Shown in pieces: positions 39,328 through 48,293 of a DNA stretch of 64,000 nt. A model generated the notes under the pieces. It made no database searches. It saw only the letters and a list, made by a program, of their open reading frames with translations, and was not told where the DNA came from. This DNA comes from a virus. Location: the IMG/VR virus record IMGVR_UViG_3300034782_000062, positions 118,771 to 182,770 of that record; one strand, written 5' to 3'. Both the position numbers and the translations under genes were made by a program. Numbering within the stretch: the first letter of the stretch is position 1; each line of letters begins with the position of its first letter.

Positions 39328-40146
39328 ATGGTCATCATGCTCACATATCGGTGCTCCCTCGATTGTGATCACTGCCTGGTGTCGAAGACCGGTCCCGGTG
39401 CCGAGCACATGAGCAAGGAGACGCTCGAAGAAACGCTTCGCGTCTTCAAAAAGATCGGCTCGAACGACCTGGGCATAGCTGGTGGCGAGCCGCTCGAACA
39501 TCCGCTTTTTTGGGAAGTCGTGAAGACCCTTCGTGACGCTGCGCTGGAGCATGGTTTTATCGTGAGGGTCGGGACGAGTGGCGCCCTGCTCAGAGGGCGC
39601 CTCGCAGAGATCAAGTCCTTGGCGCCTGTCGCATTCCAGGTGACCGCTGACTTTCGGTTCTATCCGCAGCTCGACTTCGTTGATGAGCTGCGAGCGTTGA
39701 AGAACGTGAAGGTTATCAGCTATCTAAGTTCAATATACGTCGGAGAGAAGGCGAAAAGGCGCGGCTGGAAACCTCCTCCTGGAACGAAAATCAGAGAAAA
39801 GAATCGCTACTGCGTGCACGCGAACAGACTATTGAAGCGCGGAGCAGGCGATGCAAACTTCCGGTCGTTCGTTCGCATGTGGGAAGCGTTGGACGGAACG
39901 TGCAGCATTCACGTGCATCCCGGGGGAGAGGTCCGAATGGGGCCGCTTGATTGCTGCATGAAGGTGACGACGATCGATGAGCTGCGCGCCGACTGGAAAT
40001 CGGCGTCAAGGGCGGCGATGGAGAGAATACGAACAATACTCCCCTGCGGAAAGTGCGGGTTGAAGGATGTTGAAAAAAGTCATATCAGGCGGTCAGACAG
40101 GGGTCGATCGAGGTGGTCTCGATGCGGCGCTGAAGCTGGGCATTGA
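39328..40146 (+). CDS. Radical SAM protein (paralog 1)
   Basis: CSLDCDHC, AGGEPLEHP, C-terminal CGKC. Confidence 0.85.
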   Translation: MVIMLTYRCSLDCDHCLVSKTGPGAEHMSKETLEETLRVFKKIGSNDLGIAGGEPLEHPLFWEVVKTLRDAALEHGFIVRVGTSGALLRGRLAEIKSLAPVAFQVTADFRFYPQLDFVDELRALKNVKVISYLSSIYVGEKAKRRGWKPPPGTKIREKNRYCVHANRLLKRGAGDANFRSFVRMWEALDGTCSIHVHPGGEVRMGPLDCCMKVTTIDELRADWKSASRAAMERIRTILPCGKCGLKDVEKSHIRRSDRGRSRWSRCGAEAGH

Positions 40147-40543
40147 GATAGGGGGCTGGTGTCCCCTGGGACGTCGAGCTGAGGACGGCAAGATCCCCCA
40201 GAAATACCGCAGGCTCCAGGAGGCGCCGACGTCGAACTATCCTCAGCGCACGGAGTGGAACGTCCGGGACTCGGACGCGACTCTCATCCTCTGTCCCAGC
40301 ATCCCTGATTCGACGGGAACAGCTCTCACGGTGCGCTTGTGCCGCAAACTGGAAAAGCCCTGGTTCGACATCATCAACGAGCTGCACATGTTTCCCAACG
40401 AGAGCGATGGCTACGACCACCTTGCCTCGCTGCTAACCAACTTTGAGGTCATCAACGTCGCCGGCCCCCGTGAGAGTGGATTTCCAGGTGCTCAGGAGAC
40501 AGCAAAGTTCCGGTGCATGGAAATCTTCAAGAGGCTGAGATGA
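40067..40543 (+). CDS. Putative molybdenum-carrier / SLOG-fold protein
   Basis: KVISGGQTGVDRGGLDAA...GGWCP.GRRAEDG...RTEWNVRDSDAT...INVAGPRES. Confidence 0.85.
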   Translation: MLKKVISGGQTGVDRGGLDAALKLGIEIGGWCPLGRRAEDGKIPQKYRRLQEAPTSNYPQRTEWNVRDSDATLILCPSIPDSTGTALTVRLCRKLEKPWFDIINELHMFPNESDGYDHLASLLTNFEVINVAGPRESGFPGAQETAKFRCMEIFKRLR

Positions 40544-41085
40544 TTGTCGTTGGATTCAGCAGGTCGAACAACTTTCTCGGTTGGCTCATTCGCAAGGCGA
40601 CGGGAGGTAACTGGAACCACGCCTGGGTGGGTTACACGGATCCGGTGTGGGGAGGCCAGTGGGTCACCCATGCTATTTCCGACGGCGTCATTCCCCAGCG
40701 AGTCGAGCTTCTCAAAAAAAACTACGACGACTGGATGTGCTTCGAGGTCGTCGGACTGGATATCGAGGAGGGGATGCGAAAGGCGCGTAACTACGTTAAC
40801 AAGAAATACGATTTCAAGGCCGTCATCCTGAACGGCATCCTCCTTGCGCTCTACAAGGTGACGGGAGTCGAGTGGTTCAACCCCATCATCAATCACAACA
40901 AGGTCTCCTGTTCTGAGTTTGTGGCCCTGATCCTTCAGGGCTGCAACTTCGAGCCCGTCATGGGCAAGGACGCCGAGATGTTTCCGCCCGATGGACCCAT
41001 GGGTCTTTTTCCCATCTTTAAGAAGAGCGGTCACATGCGAGAGGTCGACTTCGAACGGTGGGCACAGGGAGGCGCAAGTGGGTGA
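40540..41085 (+). CDS. Permuted papain-like (NlpC/P60, YiiX-type) amidase
   Basis: WNHAWV (His) N-terminal to KYDF and CSEFVA (Cys). Confidence 0.7.
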   Translation: MIVVGFSRSNNFLGWLIRKATGGNWNHAWVGYTDPVWGGQWVTHAISDGVIPQRVELLKKNYDDWMCFEVVGLDIEEGMRKARNYVNKKYDFKAVILNGILLALYKVTGVEWFNPIINHNKVSCSEFVALILQGCNFEPVMGKDAEMFPPDGPMGLFPIFKKSGHMREVDFERWAQGGASG

Positions 41086-41545
41086 CGCTCTCGTCGTTGC
41101 TGTGATTCCCGAGGAATACATGATGCCAGGCTTTTTGCGTATTCGGCGAGGCGGAAAGATTCGTCCTCTTCTTGAGGTCTACAAAGAAGAACATCCTGAG
41201 GACGACAAAGAGTGGGGACCTCCAACGCACAAGCTGTTGGAAATGTACCCCGACGCTTTCTTCAGTCTGGCCTTCCGTCCAGACGAGAACGTTTGGCAGC
41301 TCCCTGGCCACGAGCCTGACCCCGGCTGGTGGCAAGATAAAGAAGAGGTGGCTCGCTACTCCCAGGAGGATGTCGGCGGATCACTGAAGGAATTTCTCAA
41401 CAAGAAGCTGGACGCGCTGAGGCACATGATTCGGATGCCAGGACGATGGCTGCTCGGCTCGATCCAGGTCACAGAGGTCACCTGTGAGGCCGCTGGCGAT
41501 GACGTGGGTGTCCTGAAAGGTTTTTCTCTCAAGCGGGGTGAATGA
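41078..41545 (+). CDS. Hypothetical protein
   Basis: GTG start after GGAGG. Confidence 0.55.
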   Translation: MGDALVVAVIPEEYMMPGFLRIRRGGKIRPLLEVYKEEHPEDDKEWGPPTHKLLEMYPDAFFSLAFRPDENVWQLPGHEPDPGWWQDKEEVARYSQEDVGGSLKEFLNKKLDALRHMIRMPGRWLLGSIQVTEVTCEAAGDDVGVLKGFSLKRGE

Positions 41546-42843
41546 TGTCCGACGAACCCAAAATCAGAAACTTGATCGCAGAGATGAAGGAGGCCGCTGA
41601 GGAGCTTGGAAGGGTGCGAAAGAAGTATCTTCGTTCTACCGAGGGCAGTGTCTCGGACATCGTCAACGCTGCGAAAGAGGTGGCTCGCGTCGAAGAGAAT
41701 TCTCGCATCCTCATGATGGTCGCCAAGCTCATCTCGGGCTGGTCGCTGAACGTCCAGATGACAAAGAACGAAGAAATGGGGGAGGAGGCGACATGGGTCG
41801 CTGAAGAAGCATTTCGCCTGACCTGCGATCTTCGCGACGCAATCGTTAACGAAGACAAGAAGTTCGAGCAGCCCGACATGCACATGCGGCCGTTCCAGAA
41901 ACCTGAACAGAAGCCCGAGCCGGATAATGATGTGGCCGCGATCGGTGAGGATGAGAATTGCTGCCACTCGTCTAATGACGGCGAAAACGAGCCAGAGCTG
42001 TCCGTCAATATTCCGGAGGCTACGTGGCCTCCGATTGCCGTCAACATCGTCAAGCTCATGGTCAAGGCAGGGACCAAGAAGGACGGCATGAGCGCGGTTT
42101 GGTCCGCGGAGGAGATCGAGCACGGGCTCAAAGAGGTACACCCAGAGATCGATATCGAACTCGTCGAGCAGCAGCTTGAGGCTCTTATGTCTGTTGAAGT
42201 AGTCGTCAAGAGCCGTCTCGGAAACACCTCTGACCACGTCTACTGCGTGGCAGACAACGGATTGGAAGAAATGGACATCGAGGTGGGGGGTCCCGAGGAG
42301 AAGGAGCCAGGCAAAAAGGAGGCTCTCGCCAAGACGATCGGCGAGCTGCTCCTCACGAACAAAGACGAAGAAGGAAAGCTCCTTCCCTGGACGCTCAACC
42401 AGCTCCTGTTCGCGGCACGTGACAGTCACAGGATGATATCGATGACGGATGAGGATATCCGGGAGGCAGCAGACGAGTGCCCGGTCTGCGTCGAAATCAA
42501 CAACTGTCAGTACCCAACCTTTATTCACAGGGACGCCACCTTCGAACAGCAGCCGCTTACCCCCCTCATGAAAGAGTTGCACGGCCTCATGCTCAGGGAT
42601 TTGGGCGGAAAGCGCATGTGGCGCGACTACGACATCTACTCGATCCTCAACCGGATAGGCTCACTGCCCGACGATCACAACGAGGCCGTAAAGTACATGA
42701 ACGGCATTCTTCAAAGGCTTATCGATGCAGGCCTGGTGCGTTACATCCCTTACGCCACCGATCATCGATTCAAGGAAGACCGCTGGAAAGCGCTACTACC
42801 TCCTGAAGAAGAGGAGCCTACTGAGGGGGTCGAGCAATGCTGA
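41542..42843 (+). CDS. Hypothetical acidic multidomain protein
   Basis: 433 aa, coupled. Confidence 0.7.
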   Translation: MMSDEPKIRNLIAEMKEAAEELGRVRKKYLRSTEGSVSDIVNAAKEVARVEENSRILMMVAKLISGWSLNVQMTKNEEMGEEATWVAEEAFRLTCDLRDAIVNEDKKFEQPDMHMRPFQKPEQKPEPDNDVAAIGEDENCCHSSNDGENEPELSVNIPEATWPPIAVNIVKLMVKAGTKKDGMSAVWSAEEIEHGLKEVHPEIDIELVEQQLEALMSVEVVVKSRLGNTSDHVYCVADNGLEEMDIEVGGPEEKEPGKKEALAKTIGELLLTNKDEEGKLLPWTLNQLLFAARDSHRMISMTDEDIREAADECPVCVEINNCQYPTFIHRDATFEQQPLTPLMKELHGLMLRDLGGKRMWRDYDIYSILNRIGSLPDDHNEAVKYMNGILQRLIDAGLVRYIPYATDHRFKEDRWKALLPPEEEEPTEGVEQC

Positions 42844-43625
42844 TCCGTGTCACGAATTGCTGCACCATGGGGTGCAAGCACTGCATGGTCGATTCCTCAG
42901 GTCCAGATGGCGAGCACATGACTATGGAGACGTTTAAGGCCGCTGTCGATTTTGCTCAGAGTGTCGCCGCCAAGGTCATTCTACTCACCGGAGGAGAGCC
43001 CTTCGAGCATCCGAAGCTCGAAGAGATGGCAGGCCATTTGAGGCGACTCGACAAGTTTCACGTCTATCACCAGGCCACGCTCATCACAACGAACGGCTCA
43101 TGGATCGATGATCCGGAGAAAGTGAAGCTCGCTCGCGAGTTGGAGCTGCCCATCCAGGTGACGAACGATCCGCGCTACTATCCGAAGATCCTCGCCAGGG
43201 AAAAGTTTCGACGTATCCCTGGAGTCAGCTTCGAGTCGAACCTCCGCGTTATTTTTCCCTGTCGCAGGACGAAAGAGAATCGTATCAAGCCCACCCGTAT
43301 CAGTCCTACGTGCTTCAATCTGAGAAGCGCGACGAGGAGCACTGGTGGCCTTGCTGGTGGCATCAGGGCGATCGAGCAGATGGGGAAACATTGCAGCCCG
43401 GCTGTCAACGTCGACGGCACCATCGTTACTGGCGAGGCCGACACCTGCCACTCAATCGGGACTGTCCACGATGACGTCCTGACCATTGAGCGCAATCTCA
43501 AAACCATGAAGTGCAACCGTTGTGGGCTCAACTCGAACCTGAGCCCCCTTCATCTCAAAGCAATCGGAGAGAAAGATGCCCAAGAAGAGGAAGTATGCCG
43601 AGAACACGGTAGTCCCGCCAGGTGA
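42837..43625 (+). CDS. Radical SAM protein (paralog 2)
   Basis: CTMGCKHC, LTGGEPFEHP, TTNG, C-terminal CNRC. Confidence 0.88.
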   Translation: MLIRVTNCCTMGCKHCMVDSSGPDGEHMTMETFKAAVDFAQSVAAKVILLTGGEPFEHPKLEEMAGHLRRLDKFHVYHQATLITTNGSWIDDPEKVKLARELELPIQVTNDPRYYPKILAREKFRRIPGVSFESNLRVIFPCRRTKENRIKPTRISPTCFNLRSATRSTGGLAGGIRAIEQMGKHCSPAVNVDGTIVTGEADTCHSIGTVHDDVLTIERNLKTMKCNRCGLNSNLSPLHLKAIGEKDAQEEEVCREHGSPAR

Positions 43626-44085
43626 GTCCAGGGAGGAAATCACCGACCTGCTCCGTTTGTGGGGCGTAACCGGGATTCGGTGGTCGGAAAATTTCGAGAA
43701 CTACAGGGTTATGCTGGAGTTCGTCTGGCAGCATGAAGGTGTCAGCTACCACGCGCGCATGAACGTCGCCCTACCTGATGACGAAAAGCTCAAGGAGGAG
43801 GCCAAGCACAAGCGGCACGGGACCTTGCTCCCGGACAAGTTCAAGCGTCTCAAGGCGTCCCGAGGATGGCGAGAGCACCGCGTGCTGAGCATTTTTCTCA
43901 AGGGCGCCTTCGAGGCCATCGAGAACGGCATCATCACGCCCGAGCAGCTCTTCCTGCCATGGCTCGTCGGTAGCGATGGACGTACCGTCGCCGAGGCCAT
44001 CGGTCCTCGACTCCCGGAGATCCTGAACAACAGCGCGACGGCTCTTCTTCCTCCTGCTCCTCAGGTGATCGAGCAGGAGGATTAG
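43576..44085 (+). CDS. Hypothetical phage protein
   Basis: KYAENTVVP..S..EI..LL..WG...FLPWLVGSDGRTVAE. Confidence 0.7.
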   Translation: MPKKRKYAENTVVPPGESREEITDLLRLWGVTGIRWSENFENYRVMLEFVWQHEGVSYHARMNVALPDDEKLKEEAKHKRHGTLLPDKFKRLKASRGWREHRVLSIFLKGAFEAIENGIITPEQLFLPWLVGSDGRTVAEAIGPRLPEILNNSATALLPPAPQVIEQED

Positions 44086-44727
44086 ATGCCGAAAGTTGTC
44101 CGAATATTGGAGCGTTGCCTTGGGTGTGGTTTGCAGCGAGATTGCGAAAAAGAGCCTCCTTGGGAGAGAGTCACTGTCGTCTATGCGGATCATGAGAGGC
44201 CTATCGGTTTCTGCGCTGATTGTTTTCAAAAGCTCAGTGAAAGAAGCATGTCCTATCGCTTGGTTGGTGAGTTGGACCTTGCGCTGGGGCAGCATTGTTG
44301 GTTGCATAAACAGCTCGCAAAGCTTGCCCCGCTCTCCACAGATGTAATGACCATCGAGGAGGCTCACAGGCTCCACTCTCACACACTCTTCGCGACAAAC
44401 CTAGTCGTGGATCGTCGGGCCTGGGAGATGATCGCGGACCTCATTAAAAACGGCATTCTCGACAGCCCATGTCCTGTCTGTGGCGACGCAATGGGTGGAA
44501 ACGACGACAACCCGAGATTCTCTGGAAACATTACGTTCGCCCGTCTAAAGGACGACAACTTCGAGGGTGACGACCGTGACCAGCTCCGGATCGTCTGTGG
44601 TTGCTGTGCTTCGTGGATACCGATCGTCCGAGTTGGCGATGGAGTGGCGATTGCGTCTCCTGACGACCTGTCGGAGTACGATCTGGTGATGAAGCTCAGC
44701 GAAGGAAACATTGTTTCTGAAGCATGA
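44086..44727 (+). CDS. Cys-rich hypothetical protein
   Basis: CLGC, CADC, CPVC and CGCC. Confidence 0.6.
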   Translation: MPKVVRILERCLGCGLQRDCEKEPPWERVTVVYADHERPIGFCADCFQKLSERSMSYRLVGELDLALGQHCWLHKQLAKLAPLSTDVMTIEEAHRLHSHTLFATNLVVDRRAWEMIADLIKNGILDSPCPVCGDAMGGNDDNPRFSGNITFARLKDDNFEGDDRDQLRIVCGCCASWIPIVRVGDGVAIASPDDLSEYDLVMKLSEGNIVSEA

Positions 44728-44945
44728 GGCGCTTCGACGGGATCGTTGAAGCTGTGTATGGGCACCTCACCAAGGTGCATGGGATAAAGGACGTCCGAGT
44801 GGCTTACGGCGGCAAGAAGGTTTTTGTATGGATAGGTAATCCTCAGGACGTTTATTTTGTTCGACAAATGCTTGAAGGTGGCTGGCGTGGGTTGTACATC
44901 GACGTGATGCCACTCGCTGGGGTAGGACCCCAGGAGAAAAGTTGA
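44724..44945 (+). CDS. Hypothetical small protein
   Basis: ATGA overlap. Confidence 0.5.
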   Translation: MRRFDGIVEAVYGHLTKVHGIKDVRVAYGGKKVFVWIGNPQDVYFVRQMLEGGWRGLYIDVMPLAGVGPQEKS

Positions 44946-45646
44946 TGTCCTTGAAGCCAATTCACATCAAAGCCAGGGACCTGCCCGATGCCTGGTTTCA
45001 AACCGTCGATGCAGTTCTTACCCATGGGCGACAGTGGGTCGTTGATCATGGTTCCTATGAGGGCCAGAAGCGCTGGGAGCTTGACTGGGTGGAGATACGG
45101 GTCACCCACCCAGGCGTGCGCCCCCTCGTTCCTGAGATGCCTCAGCACCTCTCACACGTGCCTCCTCCAACGACCATGGAATATATAGAGGAGTACCTTC
45201 CCTATTTAATGACAGACCAGCCTCTCAAGGAAAATGAGCTGTACACCTATGGCGAGCGAGTGGCTCCCCAGATGGAGGCCATCATCAACCGCTACCGCAG
45301 AAACGGTTTCGGCTCCAACCAGGAGTGCATTGCTGTCGCCCGTCCTGAAGACATAACGCTGGATGACCCGCCCTGTCTGCGACAAATTGACACCAGAATT
45401 TTCTCCCCATCAGGGCTCCGAGAGGGAGAAGAGCCCGAGTTGCACTTCTTCGTCTACATCAGGTCGAATGACCTCTGGAACGGCTTCCCGGCGAATATCG
45501 CCGCTGTGAGGCTCATGCAGGAGTATATGGCCGAGTGCATCAGTACTGATGACGTTACCGTCACGGCCGGTGAAATCATCTGGAGTTGCAAGGGGATGCA
45601 CATTTACGACCACGCTTGGGGTGTGGCAAAGCTGAGAGTTGGCTAA
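44945..45646 (+). CDS. thyA: Thymidylate synthase-like protein (short type)
   Basis: YTYGER, DPPCLRQID, YIRSNDLWNGFPANI, MHIYD. Confidence 0.75.
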   Translation: MSLKPIHIKARDLPDAWFQTVDAVLTHGRQWVVDHGSYEGQKRWELDWVEIRVTHPGVRPLVPEMPQHLSHVPPPTTMEYIEEYLPYLMTDQPLKENELYTYGERVAPQMEAIINRYRRNGFGSNQECIAVARPEDITLDDPPCLRQIDTRIFSPSGLREGEEPELHFFVYIRSNDLWNGFPANIAAVRLMQEYMAECISTDDVTVTAGEIIWSCKGMHIYDHAWGVAKLRVG

Positions 45647-45875
45647 ACGCAGCGAACATGACTTCTGCAGGATGAACGTGCTAAACACGAGCATCATGCA
45701 ACAGAGAAAGAAGGAGGGTGCTTTGGAGTTGGTCCGGAGCGCTACTCTGGGATTTTTACTGTGGCTAGCAGTGATCATTTTTACCTGGATGGTGATGGTC
45801 TTTGTGGCGAGGGTGGTATGTACCGGGGCAGAGGTGGAGGGGGTGAGGGACGATTGGGGTCTATCCTCGCGGTGA
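45639..45875 (+). CDS. Small membrane protein
   Basis: One long hydrophobic stretch; start uncertain. Confidence 0.4.
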   Translation: MAKRSEHDFCRMNVLNTSIMQQRKKEGALELVRSATLGFLLWLAVIIFTWMVMVFVARVVCTGAEVEGVRDDWGLSSR

Positions 45876-45947
45876 TTATTGGGATTTTGGTAAGTCTTGT
45901 CATTTGGCAGGCACTAACCGCGTTGGGTTGCTGAGGGGTTTGAGTTA

Positions 45948-46640
45948 ATGACTAAGCCGACGAGCGATAAGTGGTGGCGTACAAAAGAAATCCACGGCTG
46001 TGAAACCTGGGAGGATGGAGAGCTTCTATTTGAATTTGCCAAAGCTCATGGTCTTGTTCCTTCCCACTACATGCTTGAGGTGGGCTGTGGGGCACTGCGG
46101 GCTGGACGTTTTTTCATCGACTACTTGGAGCCTGGACACTATTTTGGCCTTGATCACAACGAACACGTCCTGTCTGCAGCTCGCGAAGAGATCGTCCTTC
46201 AGGGCCTGGTTGATAAGAAAGCTACTCTTTTTCAGTCGACGGATTTTGATCTTTCTTTGTTGCCCGAGGGGATTCGGTTTGACTTCGCCTGGTCTCACTC
46301 GGTCATGACGCATATGACGCCCTCTCAGGTTGAAGCATGCCTGGGCGCTGTGTTTGGTCGTATGGCTGAAAATGGAGTTTACTTCTCTACTTACAACGAG
46401 TCGTTGAACGGTGAGCACACAACCAGTGGAATGCATCCCTGGAGAGACGGGGAACTCAACGGGGCAAGGTTCCCCGCGGGGTTTTTCGTGTCGCTGGCAA
46501 GGAAGCTTGGCTTGGCAGTTGAATTTGTATGCTCGACATACCTGAAAGCGTACACCAGGCAGCCAATCGATAAAGCCGGATTGCAGTTTGTTGTGAGATT
46601 TAGGAAGCAGAGTCGAGAGGCAATGGAAACGGGGTTCTGA
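45948..46640 (+). CDS. Class I SAM-dependent methyltransferase
   Basis: LEVGCGALRAG, FDFAWSHSVMTH. Confidence 0.82.
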   Translation: MTKPTSDKWWRTKEIHGCETWEDGELLFEFAKAHGLVPSHYMLEVGCGALRAGRFFIDYLEPGHYFGLDHNEHVLSAAREEIVLQGLVDKKATLFQSTDFDLSLLPEGIRFDFAWSHSVMTHMTPSQVEACLGAVFGRMAENGVYFSTYNESLNGEHTTSGMHPWRDGELNGARFPAGFFVSLARKLGLAVEFVCSTYLKAYTRQPIDKAGLQFVVRFRKQSREAMETGF

Positions 46641-46641
46641 T

Positions 46642-47031
46642 ATGTACGAGCTTGGAATGTCATTCAGAAGGCTCTTCGGCTTGACTGTCTACGACGGGCG
46701 TCGAGAGTACACGGAGCCTGAGTCGGTTCCGCTGGAAAATCGCAACTATCGGCAGGAGCCGATGGTTTTTGAAGAGCTGCCCTGGTCCTGGTACGTCTCC
46801 AGGAAAACGGGAGAGTCGGTGCGCGCCTTTAAGATGGATATCCCTTTAAGACTCCTGGGTGTCCCAGAGGGTGACGGCTGCGCTGCTCATGATGTCCCCG
46901 AGGGGGGGTATCTCTTGCATGATATGGAGATCGCTTGGGTTCTTAGTCCTGAGGACTTCGAGAGAGAGTACGTTGCGACTGTTGAGCTGCTGAACAGTCA
47001 GAAAAAACCCTCAAAGAAAACGGCCGCATAG
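46642..47031 (+). CDS. Hypothetical protein
   Basis: G.YL......W.L.PE.FE..Y motif. Confidence 0.6.
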   Translation: MYELGMSFRRLFGLTVYDGRREYTEPESVPLENRNYRQEPMVFEELPWSWYVSRKTGESVRAFKMDIPLRLLGVPEGDGCAAHDVPEGGYLLHDMEIAWVLSPEDFEREYVATVELLNSQKKPSKKTAA

Positions 47032-47062
47032 GAAAAAGTTTGGGCTGTCAAGCATTTTCTTG

Positions 47063-47091
47063 TTGACACGCTCTGTGGATAGCATATGCTA
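47063..47091 (+). promoter_or_regulatory. sigma70-like promoter TTGACA-16-TATGCT with embedded palindrome TAGCATATGCTA, upstream of the RNA island
   Basis: Seen directly in the intergenic region. Confidence 0.6.
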
Positions 47092-47317
47092 CTTTACATG
47101 GGCTAGAGAAAGGCCCGGAGAGTATCGAAACAGAAACCAGGATCATGGAAAAAGGCGGCAAAAGCTATCTGACAACAAGGGAGCTGCTCAAGCGTAGCGG
47201 GTGGTCGTTGAATCACCCGTCATGCTTGGAACGGCCCTCCTGTACGCCATTTGCCATTGATACCAACGTCGCGCTTCAGGAGGGTCCCCCGGGGTAGGCT
47301 GAAGCGCATATGACGCG

Positions 47318-47352
47318 AAAAAAGCCGCCCCGGGTCAACCGAGGCGGCTTTT
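47318..47352. terminator. Bidirectional intrinsic terminator-like hairpin
   Basis: AAAAGCCGCC(C)CGG-gtcaa-CCGAGGCGGCTTTT. Confidence 0.6.
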
Positions 47353-47374
47353 GACGTTTTTGGAGGAGAAAGCA

Positions 47375-47448
47375 GGGTCCATGAGCGTAAGGGTAGCGCT
47401 CCTGACTTTTAATCAGGCGGTCTGAGTTCGAATCTCAGTGGACCCACA
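47375..47448 (+). tRNA. tRNA-Lys(TTT)
   Basis: Cloverleaf; CCTGA-cTTTTaa-TCAGG; TTCGAAT T-loop. Confidence 0.85.
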
Positions 47449-47460
47449 AAATAACGTTTT

Positions 47461-47535
47461 CGGGGCGTAACTCAGTCTGGCTAGAGTGGGTGACTCTTAA
47501 TCACTTGGTCGGAGGTTCGAATCCTCTCGCCCCGG
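47461..47535 (+). tRNA. tRNA-Lys(CTT)
   Basis: GGTGA-ctCTTaa-TCACT. Confidence 0.85.
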
Positions 47536-47631
47536 CTAAATTGGACAACGTCGGTCCAGTGGTGACGGCCACGTTGATCTTTGACAATCAGGCATCAATT
47601 ACCGGCGCCCCCTTGCTGGGGCGCCGGATCG

Positions 47632-47707
47632 TGGGTCAGTAGCTGATACTGGTTTTAGCGCCAGGCTGTTAACCTGGAGATGGGGGTTCAATTCCCTCCT
47701 GGCCCGC
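47632..47707 (+). tRNA. tRNA-Asn(GTT)
   Basis: CCAGG-ctGTTaa-CCTGG. Confidence 0.8.
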
Positions 47708-47713
47708 TACCCT

Positions 47714-47789
47714 TGGGGTGTAGCTCAGTTGGAAGAGCACCTGGTTCTGGCCCAGGTTGTCGGGAGTTCGAGCCTCTCCACCCCAGCCA
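47714..47789 (+). tRNA. tRNA-Gln(CTG)
   Basis: CCTGG-ttCTGgc-CCAGG; CCA end. Confidence 0.8.
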
Positions 47790-48043
47790 CCTCAGCTCCG
47801 TTTCGGCAACCTGGAGTAGGTCGATTGAGATCAACGACTGCAGTCGTCTCTGGGAAACGCCCGATCGGCTCACCGAGGATACGGAGCAGTTGCCGCTCGA
47901 CACAAGACGCACACCAGTCGTGTGAGATTCGGGGAAGGTACCGCCCCGACCTGCGTTGAATTCAGGCGCTTGGTGGCCATCTTGCGTCTGGAGGAGCAGG
48001 TGGTCCAAACGGCGTCGATCGGGAGAGTGAGCTGGGGTGGAAT

Positions 48044-48118
48044 ACCGGTATCGTCCAATCGGTAGGACAACGGCCTTTGAAGCCGTGAATACAGGTTCAA
48101 GTCCTGTTGCCGGTGCCA
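48044..48118 (+). tRNA. tRNA-Gln(TTG)
   Basis: ACGGC-ctTTGaa-GCCGT; CCA end. Confidence 0.88.
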
Positions 48119-48152
48119 GTATGGTCGCCAGCCATGCTGACCCCCTTTTTGT

Positions 48153-48204
48153 GGGGTGGTGAGTTGCCCCAGGTCCGGAAGGAAGCAAGGTGATTCACCA
48201 CTCT
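48153..48204 (+). ncRNA. ffs: Minimal SRP (4.5S)-like RNA
   Basis: Hairpin GTGGTGAGTTGCC/GGTGATTCACCAC closing CAGGTCCGGAAGGAAGCA, the conserved SRP domain IV (helix 8) motif with GGAA tetraloop. Confidence 0.7.
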
Positions 48205-48207
48205 TTT

Positions 48208-48282
48208 GGGTCAGTACTCAATTGGTAAGAGCCCGCACTGAAAATGCGGCAGATATCGGTTCGATTCCGATCTGGCCCACCA
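48208..48282 (+). tRNA. tRNA-Phe(GAA)
   Basis: CCGCA-ctGAAaa-TGCGG; CCA end. Confidence 0.88.
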
Positions 48283-48293
48283 GGGGGAATGAC

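Noticed and set aside
47145-47297. 50-codon ORF upstream of the tRNA island
   Set aside because: No recognisable motif and weak support; may be leader RNA
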